Translations under genes and position numbers: made by a program
NCBI GenBank assembly: GCA_963797275.1
Contig: CAWCOT010000005.1
Coordinates: 3,668-67,667 of the forward strand
Reading direction: 5' to 3'
From: an uncultured Chloroflexia bacterium
Lineage (GTDB): Bacteria; Chloroflexota; Anaerolineae; Anaerolineales; UBA11579
Length of the DNA stretch: 64,000 bases
Notes under the pieces: model-generated
The model's input: only the letters and a program-made list of their open reading frames with translations
Database searches by the model: none
Told to the model about the DNA's origin: nothing
Shown here: positions 1 to 10,560 of the stretch, piece after piece
How the letters are laid out: each line of letters starts with the position of its first letter
How positions within the stretch are numbered: the first letter of the stretch is position 1

Positions 1-642
1 GAAATGCCTTAAGAACCAATTCATCTAACCAGCTTCGACAAGTATAAGGCAATCCCGGATAGTCTAAAGGCGGCTGGAGTTGCCATCGTTCATTTAGGAG
101 AAGGTAATCATATTTTCGTTGATGGGTTGGACGATTGTTATCATAAATTGGAACGAATACAAGCTGCCAACGTCCGTGGGAACGGAGTCGAACAGAACGT
201 TTCTCCCCTTGAAGTGGTCGATACCAGCAGGGCTAATGCGCTGTCGTTTGCCCTGAACAGAAGGATCTTCACTCACTTCAGTTTTGGGGGTATTGGGGAT
301 ATCCCCAATATCTATCTTGGAAGAATCCCAAGGCCAATCTCTATAAAAATAGGAAAAACAAGTATTAGAACAAATCGTCTCCAATTTAAACTGGAAATGG
401 CCCTCCAATTAGGCAAAGAGGTTGTGATCTGTTAATTCGATTGAGCCTTCTGACGGTAGATTTCCAACCACAAAATATTCCTGCCATATATCTTTTTCAA
501 AAAACAGATAGTTCCAAGTTTAAGAGAAAAAATAAGTGTATCGTGCTGTATTGTCGATGTATCGGAGTTCGAAAGCAAGGCAAAGCTGAATTTGTACAAG
601 TATGATTTCGAGCCCGAAGATGTACTGAGCGGGAGGCACTAA
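1..642 (+). pseudogene. Decayed nuclease-like gene remnant (type II restriction enzyme-like), AT-rich
   Basis: Frame +1 reads as one protein-like string (EPIHLTSFDKYKAIPDSL...TSRANALSFALN...IFLPYIFFKK...LNLYKYDFEPED) interrupted by stops at 10, 433, 442, 451 and 457. GC is clearly lower than in flanking genes. Family resemblance is from memory only. Confidence 0.4.
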
Positions 643-921
643 TTGGTTCCGCTTCTTATCTCTTTAATAATCCAGGTGGTCAGACTGTTCTTCCAATTGA
701 CTAAATCTCCAGCATCAGTGCACATCCGTCCTCTCTTACTCCAGCCATCCATTAAGTATCGTCTAGGGTATGGCCCTGTCCAATTCCTTGACGTCCAGCG
801 CTCTTTGCCCCCGGTTCTTCGATCTCATGTATTAATTCAGGTCACCTGATTGCAGTCTCGCTTGCTGCGGTCATCATTTGCAATTTTGAATTCGAAAATT
901 GTCTTGCCTTAGGGAGGCTAC

Positions 922-1948
922 GTGCCTGCTCCACACTCTACCAACCTTCTAACCACTCCGGACGGAAACCACGTCCTTTTCACCGCCGCCGACGCTTTGC
1001 AGCCGCCCCCGCCTCTCGAGTGGTGCGTCGATGGCCTCTTGCCGCTTTCCTCCGTCTCCATGCTCGTCGGCGCTCCCGGCTCCAAAAAGACCTTCCTCGC
1101 CATCGACCTGGCCGTCTGTGTCGCCCTGGGCAAACCCTGGCTGGGCAAACCCGTTCGCCAGGGTCCCGTCCTTTTCATTGATGAGCAGTCTGGCCTCCAC
1201 GCTTTGCAAACTCGTATCCACGCCGCCCTCCACGCCCACGCCGCCGGGCCGCAAACCCCGCTTTATTTCACTACCCTGGCCAATTACAACTTGCGCGAAA
1301 AGGACTCTGCCGCAGCCCTCATGAACCTCGTCGAATCACGCCAGCCCGCTCTCGTCGTCATCGATGCCTTCAGCAACCTCCTGCAGGGCGCCAGCGAATC
1401 CAGCCTCGCCGCCGTCCTTCCGGTTCTGTTCAACCTTCGCATGCTCGCCGAATTCAATCATGCCGCCGTCCTCGTCACTCACCATACCAATCGCCATGGC
1501 GTTTTTCAGGGTTCTGCCGCCATTTCTGCCTCCATGGACCTTATCCTCGCCGTTGAATCCGAACCTGCCGAACCCCTCATCCACATCCAGCCGGCCAAGT
1601 CGCGCTTCGTCGCCCCTCCTCCCTTCTCAGCCCACGCCCACTTCGAGACCGCTCCAGATGGCGCCAACCGCTTCTTCCTCACCCTGGAGCCTCAGGCGCC
1701 GGCAGCCGCCAAGAAGGTTTTCAAGATTTCCCACCGGAGTGGATAGCCTGGCGGTTACGCTCTTCATGAATAGCTTCAGCAACTTCGATACCCTCACCTT
1801 CAAGCAACTACGCGCCCGCCATATAGGCTACCCCGAAGGTTCCCTCCGCAACGCCGTCCAACAGCTCCTGGATGAAGGCGTCATCGTCCGCGTGGATGGC
1901 GGCCACCAGGGCGCCGAAGCCACCTACTCCCTGCCCCGTCCACCCTAA
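922..1948 (+). CDS. AAA_25/RepA-like RecA-fold ATPase with C-terminal winged-helix domain (frameshift near 1730)
   Basis: RBS AGGGAGG 911-917; Walker A GAPGSKKT, Walker B VVIDAF, VTHHTNR motif. Removing one base at AAGATTTCCC joins it to the frame ending 1948 (TLTFKQLR...SLRNAVQQLLDEGVIVRV, wHTH-like). Confidence 0.75.
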
Positions 1949-1950
1949 AG

Positions 1951-2271
1951 CAAGAAACCGTTTGCGGTTTCGCAGTTGCGAGGAACTGAGCGTCAGCGAG
2001 GTGAGGAAGCAAACTCCCCCACGAGGGGAAAAGAGATTTAACGAAGTCAAGAAACCGTTTACGGTTTCGCAGTTGCGAGGAACTGAGCGTCAGCGAGGTG
2101 GAGCCTGCCCTGAGGAGTGCCGCAGGCGCGACGTGAGGGAAGCAAACTCCCCCACGAGGAAAAAGATTTAACGAAGTCAAGAAACCGTTTACGGTTTCGC
2201 AGTTGCGAGGAACTGAGCGTCAGCGAGGTGAGGAAGCAAACTCCCCCACGAGGAAAAAGATTTTAACGAAC
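1951..2271. repeat. Three tandem copies of a ~97-bp REP-like palindromic unit; copy 2 carries a ~35-bp insertion
   Basis: Units start at 1951, 2048 and 2178 (CAAGAAACCGTTT[G/A]CGGTTTCGCAGTTGCGAGGAACTGAGCGTCAGCGAGGTG...TTTAACGAA); hairpin GAAACCG-N4-CGGTTTC; insertion at ~2101-2135. Confidence 0.95.
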
Positions 2272-2353
2272 TAAGGGGAGCGAAACCAATTGCCTGCATT
2301 CATCTTGTCATTCCGAGTGAGGGCTTGCCGGCCACCTGGCCATCTTCCTCTCT

Positions 2354-2400
2354 CACCACAAAGACACAAAGTTATTCAATTTTTTCTTTGTGCCTTTGCG
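2354..2400. repeat. CACAAAG-type extragenic palindrome, copy 1
   Basis: CCACAAAGACACAAAG...CTTTGTGCCTTTGCG; related copies at 2888 and 50164. Confidence 0.75.
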
Positions 2401-2562
2401 CTTATCTTTAGCGATCAGGCGTTGGGAAATCCTTGTCCCTTCCAGTAGCCCTTTTAGTCCTGACGGCCGAACAAATTGGGTTTAAAATAGACTTGAACTC
2501 CACGTTTGAGGTGTTGCTTTTTCTGTCGTTGAGCCTAATCAATCTAAGAAGGAGAGGACGAA

Positions 2563-2811
2563 ATGGGATTCTTTGCTACAGTTGTTGTCGGCCTGATCGC
2601 AGGCTATCTTGCCTCGCTGGTTATGAAATCCGGTGGGGGCCTTGTTTCTGACCTGATCGTTGGCGTAATCGGAGGTTTCCTCGGCGGATATCTGTCACAG
2701 GTATTGCTGGGCGAGAATCTGATGTCTGGCATCAACGTGACCAGTATTGTTACGGCCGCAATCGGCGCCGTTGTGTTGCTCGCCATCGTCAAAATGGTAC
2801 GCCGCAAGTAA
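2563..2811 (+). CDS. GlsB/YeaQ/YmgE family (transglycosylase-associated) small membrane protein
   Basis: RBS GGAGAGG; VVGLIAGYLASLVM...DLIVGVIGGFLGG...AAIGAVVLL pattern. Confidence 0.9.
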   Translation: MGFFATVVVGLIAGYLASLVMKSGGGLVSDLIVGVIGGFLGGYLSQVLLGENLMSGINVTSIVTAAIGAVVLLAIVKMVRRK

Positions 2812-2846
2812 ACAGCCGCGGCATCCGCCCTGGCCGGTACCGCAAT

Positions 2847-2878
2847 AAAAAAAGCCCCCGCTCAGCGGGGGCTTTCTT
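2847..2878. terminator. Intrinsic terminator-like hairpin
   Basis: AAAGCCCCCGCT-C-AGCGGGGGCTTT flanked by A and T runs. Confidence 0.75.
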
Positions 2879-2887
2879 CCTCCCTCG

Positions 2888-2932
2888 CCACAAAGCCACA
2901 AAGCTTAATTCCATCTCTTTGTGCCTTTATGG
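2888..2932. repeat. CACAAAG-type extragenic palindrome, copy 2
   Basis: CCACAAAGCCACAAAG...CTTTGTGCCTTTATGG. Confidence 0.75.
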
Positions 2933-3007
2933 TTTTCTCTAGCGATACAAGACGCTCTGGGATATATAATGAATATCATCTCCTTTCGCCTTTCTACGGA
3001 GGTCGGT

Positions 3008-3439
3008 ATGTTATTAGTAAAACAAATTCTCGAGCGTAAGGGCCGCCAGGTCTGGTCTGTGGCCCCCGAAGTGACCGTCTTCGAGGCGCTGAAGCTGATG
3101 GCGCACAAGAACGTGGGCGCCCTGGCGGTGGTGGCGGGGGACCAGTTGGTGGGCATTTTCTCGGAGCGGGACTATGCCCGCAAAGTGGTGCTGCTGGGCA
3201 AATCCTCCAAAGACGTGCCCGTCTCCGCCATCATGACCGGGGAACTGGTGACCGTGGGGGAGGGCCAAACCGTCCAGGAGTGTATGCAGCTGATGACCTC
3301 CGGCCACCTTCGCCATTTGCCGGTGCTCAATGACGGCAAGCTGGTGGGCATGATTTCCATCGGCGACGTGGTCAAGGAGCTCATCTCGCAGCAGCAGTTT
3401 GAGATCGAACAACTGGAAAGCTATATCAAGCAGTCTTAG
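3008..3439 (+). CDS. CBS-domain pair protein
   Basis: RBS GGAGG ~2998; LVGIFSERDYARKV and RHLPVL...GMISIGDVVK motifs. Confidence 0.92.
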   Translation: MLLVKQILERKGRQVWSVAPEVTVFEALKLMAHKNVGALAVVAGDQLVGIFSERDYARKVVLLGKSSKDVPVSAIMTGELVTVGEGQTVQECMQLMTSGHLRHLPVLNDGKLVGMISIGDVVKELISQQQFEIEQLESYIKQS

Positions 3440-3459
3440 TGTGGTCAAAGGAGAGCATC

Positions 3460-3684
3460 ATGACGGAAAATCCGGAAAAGCAGAGGAAAGCCCACATGGA
3501 TTATTTTGTGCGCATGCAGATCCCCACGGGCTGTATCGTGTGCGGCAGCGAGGACTGGATCCTGGGGCGCACCGGGCCGGAATTTGAGGTCGGCGACGGG
3601 CGCAAGGTGATGCCGGTGGAGATCATCTGCAGTTTCTGCGGGCGCATCGCCACCTATGACGGGCATGTCATCGGGAACGTATAG
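3460..3684 (+). CDS. Small zinc-ribbon-like hypothetical protein
   Basis: RBS AGGAG; CIVC...CSFC cysteine pairs; GC3-rich codon usage. Confidence 0.7.
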   Translation: MTENPEKQRKAHMDYFVRMQIPTGCIVCGSEDWILGRTGPEFEVGDGRKVMPVEIICSFCGRIATYDGHVIGNV

Positions 3685-3738
3685 TTGCCTGCCCAGGTCC
3701 CGACTATAATTACGCATCTTCGCCCAGAGAGGAAGGTT

Positions 3739-4331
3739 ATGCAAACGTTGGACTTAGCATTAGACCAGTGTAGATTGTTAAGCACCCCTTCTATAAGGCC
3801 TGGAGCCAGGGCAGCCTGCCCACCGCCGCCCTGAAGACTTACGCCGAAGAGTACGGCGCCTTCATCGCCGTGCTGCCGCAGGGATGGAAGACGCTAGGGG
3901 ACGCGGCCACGGAGGCCGAGGAACAGGCACATATTGAACTGTGGCAGGCCTTCGCGGCGGCGCTGGGCACCCAGGCCGCCAGCCGCGCCACCGGGAAGAC
4001 TGCTAAGCTGACCCAGTTGGCAGAGCGACTATTCGCCCAGCCGCAGACGGCTATCGGCGCGCTGTACGCCTTCGAGTTGCAGCAGCCGGAGACGGCCGCC
4101 TCCAAGCTGGATGGGTTGCAGAAATTCTACGGCTTCGAGGGCCAGGGCCTGCGCTATTTCGAGGCGCACGCCCAAAACCAGCACGAAGCCGCCAGGCTGG
4201 CGAAGATGTTCGCGCAGCTCTCGGAGGAGGACAAGACCAGCGCTCTGGCCGCCTGCTGGCAGCTGGGCGCCGCCCTCTGGGACGCCCTGACGGATATCTA
4301 CCAATCCGCCTGCGGCGAAGCGGTCATGTAG
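3739..4331 (+). CDS. CADD/PqqC-like heme-oxygenase-like diiron oxidase (frameshift near 3780)
   Basis: KHPFYKAWSQGSL, EAEEQAHIELW, GALYAFELQQP, SKLDGL, YFEAH. ATG 3739 has an RBS and lies one base out of frame with the rest. Confidence 0.8.
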
Positions 4332-4359
4332 GTCCCCGCTGGCAGACTTGAATGCAAAT

Positions 4360-4394
4360 AAAAAATCCCGCCGGACAGGCGGGATTTTTGTTTT
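4360..4394. terminator. Bidirectional intrinsic terminator
   Basis: AAAAATCCCGCC-GGACA-GGCGGGATTTTT between convergent genes. Confidence 0.85.
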
Positions 4395-4405
4395 ATGTGG
4401 AGGGG

Positions 4406-6085
<1,680 letters not shown>

Positions 6086-6124
6086 GCGGGGGTTCCTCCG
6101 GGATTTGAGGGTCGGATGGCGCAT

Positions 6125-6163
6125 ATTATAACGGGCAGCCGGGGCTGGGCCTCATGGTAGAAT
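6125..6163. promoter_or_regulatory. Back-to-back sigma70-like -10 elements
   Basis: ATTATA 6125-6130 (TATAAT on the - strand, toward the mutase) and extended -10 TGGTAGAAT 6155-6163 (toward the tRNA). Confidence 0.5.
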
Positions 6164-6177
6164 TTTGCGCCGCAACA

Positions 6178-6216
6178 CGAACGGGAAAGGGTTTCCATGA
6201 AACCCTTTCCCGTTCG
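6178..6216. repeat. Perfect 18-bp inverted repeat just 5' of the tRNA
   Basis: CGAACGGGAAAGGGTTTC-CAT-GAAACCCTTTCCCGTTCG. Confidence 0.9.
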
Positions 6217-6219
6217 CAA

Positions 6220-6292
6220 GCCCTCATCGTCTAGTGGCCTAGGACGTGGCCCTCTCAAGGCCAAAACCGGAGTTCGACTCTCCGTGAGGGCA
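6220..6292 (+). tRNA. tRNA-Glu (anticodon CTC), CCA not encoded
   Basis: Acceptor stem GCCCTCA/TGAGGGC; D arm GTCTAGTGGCCTAGGAC; anticodon stem TGGCC-CTCTCAA-GGCCA; T arm CGGAG-TTCGACT-CTCCG. Confidence 0.95.
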
Positions 6293-6296
6293 TATC

Positions 6297-6321
6297 AAAC
6301 GCCGGTGAAGCTGGCGTTTTT
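6297..6321 (+). terminator. Terminator after the tRNA
   Basis: AAACGCCGG-TGAAG-CTGGCGTTTTT. Confidence 0.65.
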
Positions 6322-6373
6322 GATTCCGGAGTATCCTACGCGGCTGCGCCGAGCACGGAACTCCATCTACGGC

Positions 6374-7726
6374 TTACTTGCGCGTTTGCGGCTTCAGCAG
6401 CACTTTGGAAATGCGCATGCTATCCATTTCCCCAACTTCCAGTACAGATTTAGCCACCTTTACTTTGTCCCCCACTTGAGGGATGCGGCCAATGCGGTCC
6501 AGCATAAAGCCCGCAATAGTGTCGTAATGGGCGGCTTCCAGATTAAAGCCGAACTTCTCGTTTACGTCTTCGATCAGGGTTCGCCCGTCGATGACCGCCG
6601 CCCCGCCTTCCAGTTTCTGAATCTCAGGGACATCTTTGTCGAACGGGCTGCTGATCACGCCCACGATCTCTTCCAGCAGATCTTCCAGGGTCACCAGGCC
6701 TGCCGTGCCGCCATATTCGTCCAGCACGATGGCGATGTGCTGGCGGCCCACCTGGAAATCGCGCAACAGCTGCGTGACCGAATTGAACGGCGGCACGAAG
6801 ATGACTTTGCGCATTATGGAGCGCGCCGTCCGGGCGATGTTCTCGGAATTCTGTAGCGCCGCTAATACGTCCCCCGCGTGCAGAATGCCCAGTACATTGT
6901 CCAGGCTGTCTTCATACACTGGGAACTTTGTGTGGGTGTGCTCCACCATCAGCCGCACCACATCCTCCAGCGCGGTGTCGGCTTCGATGCCAATGATCTC
7001 GGTGCGCGGCACCATCACATCCTTCACCTGCAGGTCACTGAAATCGAAGATGGACTTGAGCAGCTCGCCCTCGTCGCGCGTCACGCCGCCGCTTTCCGTG
7101 CTGGCCGTAACCAGCATACGCAGCTCTTCTCCCGAATGCACCAGTTCACGGCCGGAAGCGGGCTTCACGCCCACCAGGCGCAGGAACAGGTTGCCGGCGC
7201 CATTGAGCAGCAGGATGACTGGCTTGAAAATGGCCTCCACCCACAAGGTGGGCTGGGCGACAAAAAGGGCGGCTCTTTCCGGGTTCTGCAGGGCGATGGA
7301 CTTGGGCGCCAGTTCGCCGATGACGACGTGCAGGAAGGTGATCAGTGCAAAGGATAGTCCCGCCGAGATGCTGTGGGCCACGGTGGATTGGATGTTAGCG
7401 GGGAACCAGGTGACCAGCGGCTCCAGCAAATGAGCCAGGGCGGGTTCGCCCACCCAGCCCAGCCCCAGGCTGGCCAGGGTAATGCCCAGCTGCGTGGCAG
7501 CAATGACACTATCCGGGTTGGCGATCACTTTTTGCACCGCGGTGGCTCGGGTATTACCCTGTTTGACCAGTTCCGCCACCCGCGTGCGCCGCACGCTCAC
7601 CAGCGCAAATTCGGCCACCACGAAGAAGCCATTGGCGGCCACCAGCACAATCACAAGCAGAAGTTTGAGAAGATCAGGAACCAGAGCGCTATCCACGAGA
7701 GGCGACAAGCGCTGGGGCAGGGGCAA
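6374..7726 (-). CDS. HlyC/CorC (CNNM/DUF21-CBS-CorC) transporter-like protein
   Basis: NGFFVVAEFALVSVR, QLGITLASLGLGW, GELAPKSIAL, VMVPRTEI, DEYGGTAGLVTLEDLLEEIVG. Start codon uncertain. Confidence 0.93.
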   Translation of the reverse strand: MPLPQRLSPLVDSALVPDLLKLLLVIVLVAANGFFVVAEFALVSVRRTRVAELVKQGNTRATAVQKVIANPDSVIAATQLGITLASLGLGWVGEPALAHLLEPLVTWFPANIQSTVAHSISAGLSFALITFLHVVIGELAPKSIALQNPERAALFVAQPTLWVEAIFKPVILLLNGAGNLFLRLVGVKPASGRELVHSGEELRMLVTASTESGGVTRDEGELLKSIFDFSDLQVKDVMVPRTEIIGIEADTALEDVVRLMVEHTHTKFPVYEDSLDNVLGILHAGDVLAALQNSENIARTARSIMRKVIFVPPFNSVTQLLRDFQVGRQHIAIVLDEYGGTAGLVTLEDLLEEIVGVISSPFDKDVPEIQKLEGGAAVIDGRTLIEDVNEKFGFNLEAAHYDTIAGFMLDRIGRIPQVGDKVKVAKSVLEVGEMDSMRISKVLLKPQTRK

Positions 7727-7837
7727 CGTTCATCTTGATTAACTATATCATTTTCATTTTGGCTTGCGGGACCCTGAAGCCAGGCGCTGCCGTAAAGAAT
7801 GATTGATGTAGAATGACCTGCAGGCCAAAAGTCGTTC

Positions 7838-8716
7838 ATGCGTGATTTCTGCGGTCATCCAACCGCTTCCATCGAAAACGGCAAGATCCGCCTGGAATAT
7901 TTGACGGATGTTGGGCCGCGCATTGCGCGGCTTTTTCCTGGGGACCAGCCCAGCCTGCTGGCCGAATTGCCCGATCTGACCCTGGACACCGAATACGGAA
8001 CCTTTGCCTTTATGGGAGGCCATCACCTCTGGCATTCACCTGAGTCCCTGCCCCTCACCTATGTCCCCGACCAACCCGTAACTATTGAAGAACTGACTGA
8101 TGGCGTGCGCATTTCTGGGGCCAAAGAGCCGGGCACCGGGGTTGCCAAGACGATCGAACTGCAATTGGCTAAAAATCTGGCCGTCATTACCGTGAACCAT
8201 ATATTGAAGAACCAAGGCCCGCAGGAGGTCGAGTACGCGCCCTGGGCGCTTTCGATGTTCCGCCTGGGTGGCGTGGTCATCCTCCCGCAGCCGCAGGCCG
8301 AGGCCAAATCCTTGCAGCCCAACCGCCACTTGGCTTTGTGGCCCTACACGCGCCTGGACAATTCTCGCCTGCAGCTGGGTGATGATTTCATTTTGGTAAG
8401 TGCAGGGCCCGACGCCGTTCCCCTAAAGCTGGGCGAATACAATACCCATGGCTGGGTGGCCTATTGGCTGGAAGGGACCCTGGCGGTCAAACGTTTTTCG
8501 GTGGCTCCACTGGCTGGCTATCCGGATGGGGGTTGTAACGTGGAAATCTACTGCAAGGATCGCTTTGTGGAACTGGAAACCTTGGGTCCCCTGGCGAAGC
8601 TGGCCCCCGGGCAAACTGCCACGCATCAGGAGATCTGGGAATTCTATGAGGACCTGGACCAGCACTTCATTCCTTCGACCTTGCGCCAGCATCTGTCTTC
8701 TTGGGCCTCAGCTTAA
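7838..8716 (+). CDS. Hypothetical protein, galactose-mutarotase-like fold (DUF4380-like)
   Basis: VGPRI, GGHHLWHSPE, YPDGGCNVEIY, FVELETLGPL motifs. Confidence 0.65.
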   Translation: MRDFCGHPTASIENGKIRLEYLTDVGPRIARLFPGDQPSLLAELPDLTLDTEYGTFAFMGGHHLWHSPESLPLTYVPDQPVTIEELTDGVRISGAKEPGTGVAKTIELQLAKNLAVITVNHILKNQGPQEVEYAPWALSMFRLGGVVILPQPQAEAKSLQPNRHLALWPYTRLDNSRLQLGDDFILVSAGPDAVPLKLGEYNTHGWVAYWLEGTLAVKRFSVAPLAGYPDGGCNVEIYCKDRFVELETLGPLAKLAPGQTATHQEIWEFYEDLDQHFIPSTLRQHLSSWASA

Positions 8717-8755
8717 CCGACTAAAATTAAGCATCACCGCCTTGGGAGCGTAACC

Positions 8756-9502
8756 ATGCTAAATATTGAGCACGTCGTCCGCCGCATCAACCGTGAACTG
8801 GTTCCCCAGTTCGAAGACAAGCTGCGTGAATATTTAGAGGCTCAGGATAAGGAATGGCTGATCGAGCAGATCGTGCGCCTGACCCTGGATGCCCATAGCC
8901 TTAAATCGATGGACCGCAAGATCAAACAAGATATCCTTGCCAAAAATCGCGCCGAGCGCTTTGAGCGTGTTAAAGCCCTGGCCTTGGATCGCGACAAGCT
9001 GAGCAAGTTTATTGAGCAATTTAAAGGCACCTCGCGGTCCAGCTTGATTAAAGATGGGTATTTAAAGAAGGAAGCTCCGGAAAAAGGGACTGATTTAATT
9101 CCGGAAGATTTGCGCTCGTCCAAAGGGAATGAATTGCTGGTCAAAGCCAAGGATGTGCTCTTTGCCATTCTCTTTGGCGATGCCGCCACCAACACCCATT
9201 TCGAACGCAGGGAAGAGGAACTGCTCACCCTCACCATGCCGCGCTTCAAAGCACAGGCTTTGGACTTCATGAAAGCCACGACCGAGCTAAGCGCCATGGG
9301 TACCTGGCAGGACCCCGATAGCGTTTCCAACGATGCCCGCGCGGACAACGTGATTTTCGAAGTGGAGTATGGTGAGATAGAAGGCGAGTTGATTGGGGAT
9401 GGCGTCGTGCGCTGCCTCAGCTTGATCAATAACCTGGAGGTCAACGAGCAGATTCTCTACGCTCGCATGATCAACTTGGAACAAAGTACCCTGATCGAAT
9501 AG
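8756..9502 (+). CDS. Hypothetical protein
   Basis: 248-aa ORF with RBS GGGAG and host-like codon bias; no recognised motif. Confidence 0.8.
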   Translation: MLNIEHVVRRINRELVPQFEDKLREYLEAQDKEWLIEQIVRLTLDAHSLKSMDRKIKQDILAKNRAERFERVKALALDRDKLSKFIEQFKGTSRSSLIKDGYLKKEAPEKGTDLIPEDLRSSKGNELLVKAKDVLFAILFGDAATNTHFERREEELLTLTMPRFKAQALDFMKATTELSAMGTWQDPDSVSNDARADNVIFEVEYGEIEGELIGDGVVRCLSLINNLEVNEQILYARMINLEQSTLIE

Positions 9503-9572
9503 AGGGAGATTTGAGCAAAAATATCCTGTTTCCCGGAAGAACCGGCATGCTTAGACGCGCGGAGAAGCCCAG

Positions 9573-10556
9573 TTGAAGACCAGGCCAACCCATTGGGGTT
9601 TCGTGGGCGCGGGCTCGATGGCCCGCTCCATGGCCGGCGATCTGGCGCAAGTGCCCGGCGCCACAGTGCATGCCGTTGTGGCGCAGACGCCGCGCTCAGC
9701 CGGGGCTTTCGGGAAAGAGTTTGGAGCACAGCCCTTCTCTTCGTTGGAAGATATGTTGGCAGACGGCCACGTAGATGTCATCTATGTAAATTCCCCCAAC
9801 CAGATGCATTATCCGCAGGTGAAGTTGGCCCTGGCCGCGGGCAAGCCCGTGCTCTGCGAGAAGCCCTTCACCCTTAATGCCAGGCAATTGGCTGAGTTGA
9901 TCCGGCTGGCACGCGGCCAGAAATTATTCTTGATGGAGGCCATGTGGGTGCGTTTCCTGCCGGCAGTCGTGCGCCTGCGGCAGCTGCTGGCCGAAGGCCG
10001 CATCGGGCAGCTCAATTGGATGCAGGCCAGTTTCCATTCAAATCCGCACTACGACCCCCAGAACCGCTTCTACAACCCAGATCTTGGGGGTGGGGCGCTA
10101 TTGGATCTGGGTATCTACCCGATCTCATTCGCCTCCATGCTGTTTGGCCCTCCTCAGCGCCTGCAAAGTGCGGCCTCGATCACCTCGACCGGCGTGGACG
10201 AACGCTTTGGCGCCTTATTCGAATACGCCTCTGGGGCGCAGGCCGCTGTCTCCGCCGGTTTTGGCGGCTATTTCGAGGACGAAATCGTGCTCTTGGGAAG
10301 TGAAGGGCAGATCCGCATCCCGCGTTTTAGGGGTTGGAAGATGGATAGGCTCATTCTCGAAGCGGGGGGAAAAACCGAAACGCTCAAGTTTCCCCTGCAA
10401 GGCAAGGGTTATGGCTATCAGGCGGCCGAAGTGCAGCGCTGCCTGGAAACCGGTGAACTCGAGAGCCCCGTCATACCCCTGGAGGAGTCCTTAGCCATTA
10501 TGCACACCCTGGATGAGCTGCGGGCGCTCTGGGGTATGAAGTTCCCTGGGGAATAA
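9573..10556 (+). CDS. Gfo/Idh/MocA family oxidoreductase
   Basis: WGFVGAGSMA, VLCEKP, LMEAMW, GGGALLDLGIYP. Confidence 0.93.
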   Translation: MKTRPTHWGFVGAGSMARSMAGDLAQVPGATVHAVVAQTPRSAGAFGKEFGAQPFSSLEDMLADGHVDVIYVNSPNQMHYPQVKLALAAGKPVLCEKPFTLNARQLAELIRLARGQKLFLMEAMWVRFLPAVVRLRQLLAEGRIGQLNWMQASFHSNPHYDPQNRFYNPDLGGGALLDLGIYPISFASMLFGPPQRLQSAASITSTGVDERFGALFEYASGAQAAVSAGFGGYFEDEIVLLGSEGQIRIPRFRGWKMDRLILEAGGKTETLKFPLQGKGYGYQAAEVQRCLETGELESPVIPLEESLAIMHTLDELRALWGMKFPGE

Positions 10557-10560
10557 TTTC

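Noticed and set aside
1951-2271. CRISPR array
   Set aside because: Units are ~97 bp and nearly identical end to end, with no unique spacers and no cas genes.
6086-6219. Cobalamin riboswitch upstream of the mutase
   Set aside because: The space is short and occupied by promoter elements and a simple hairpin; no B12-box seen.
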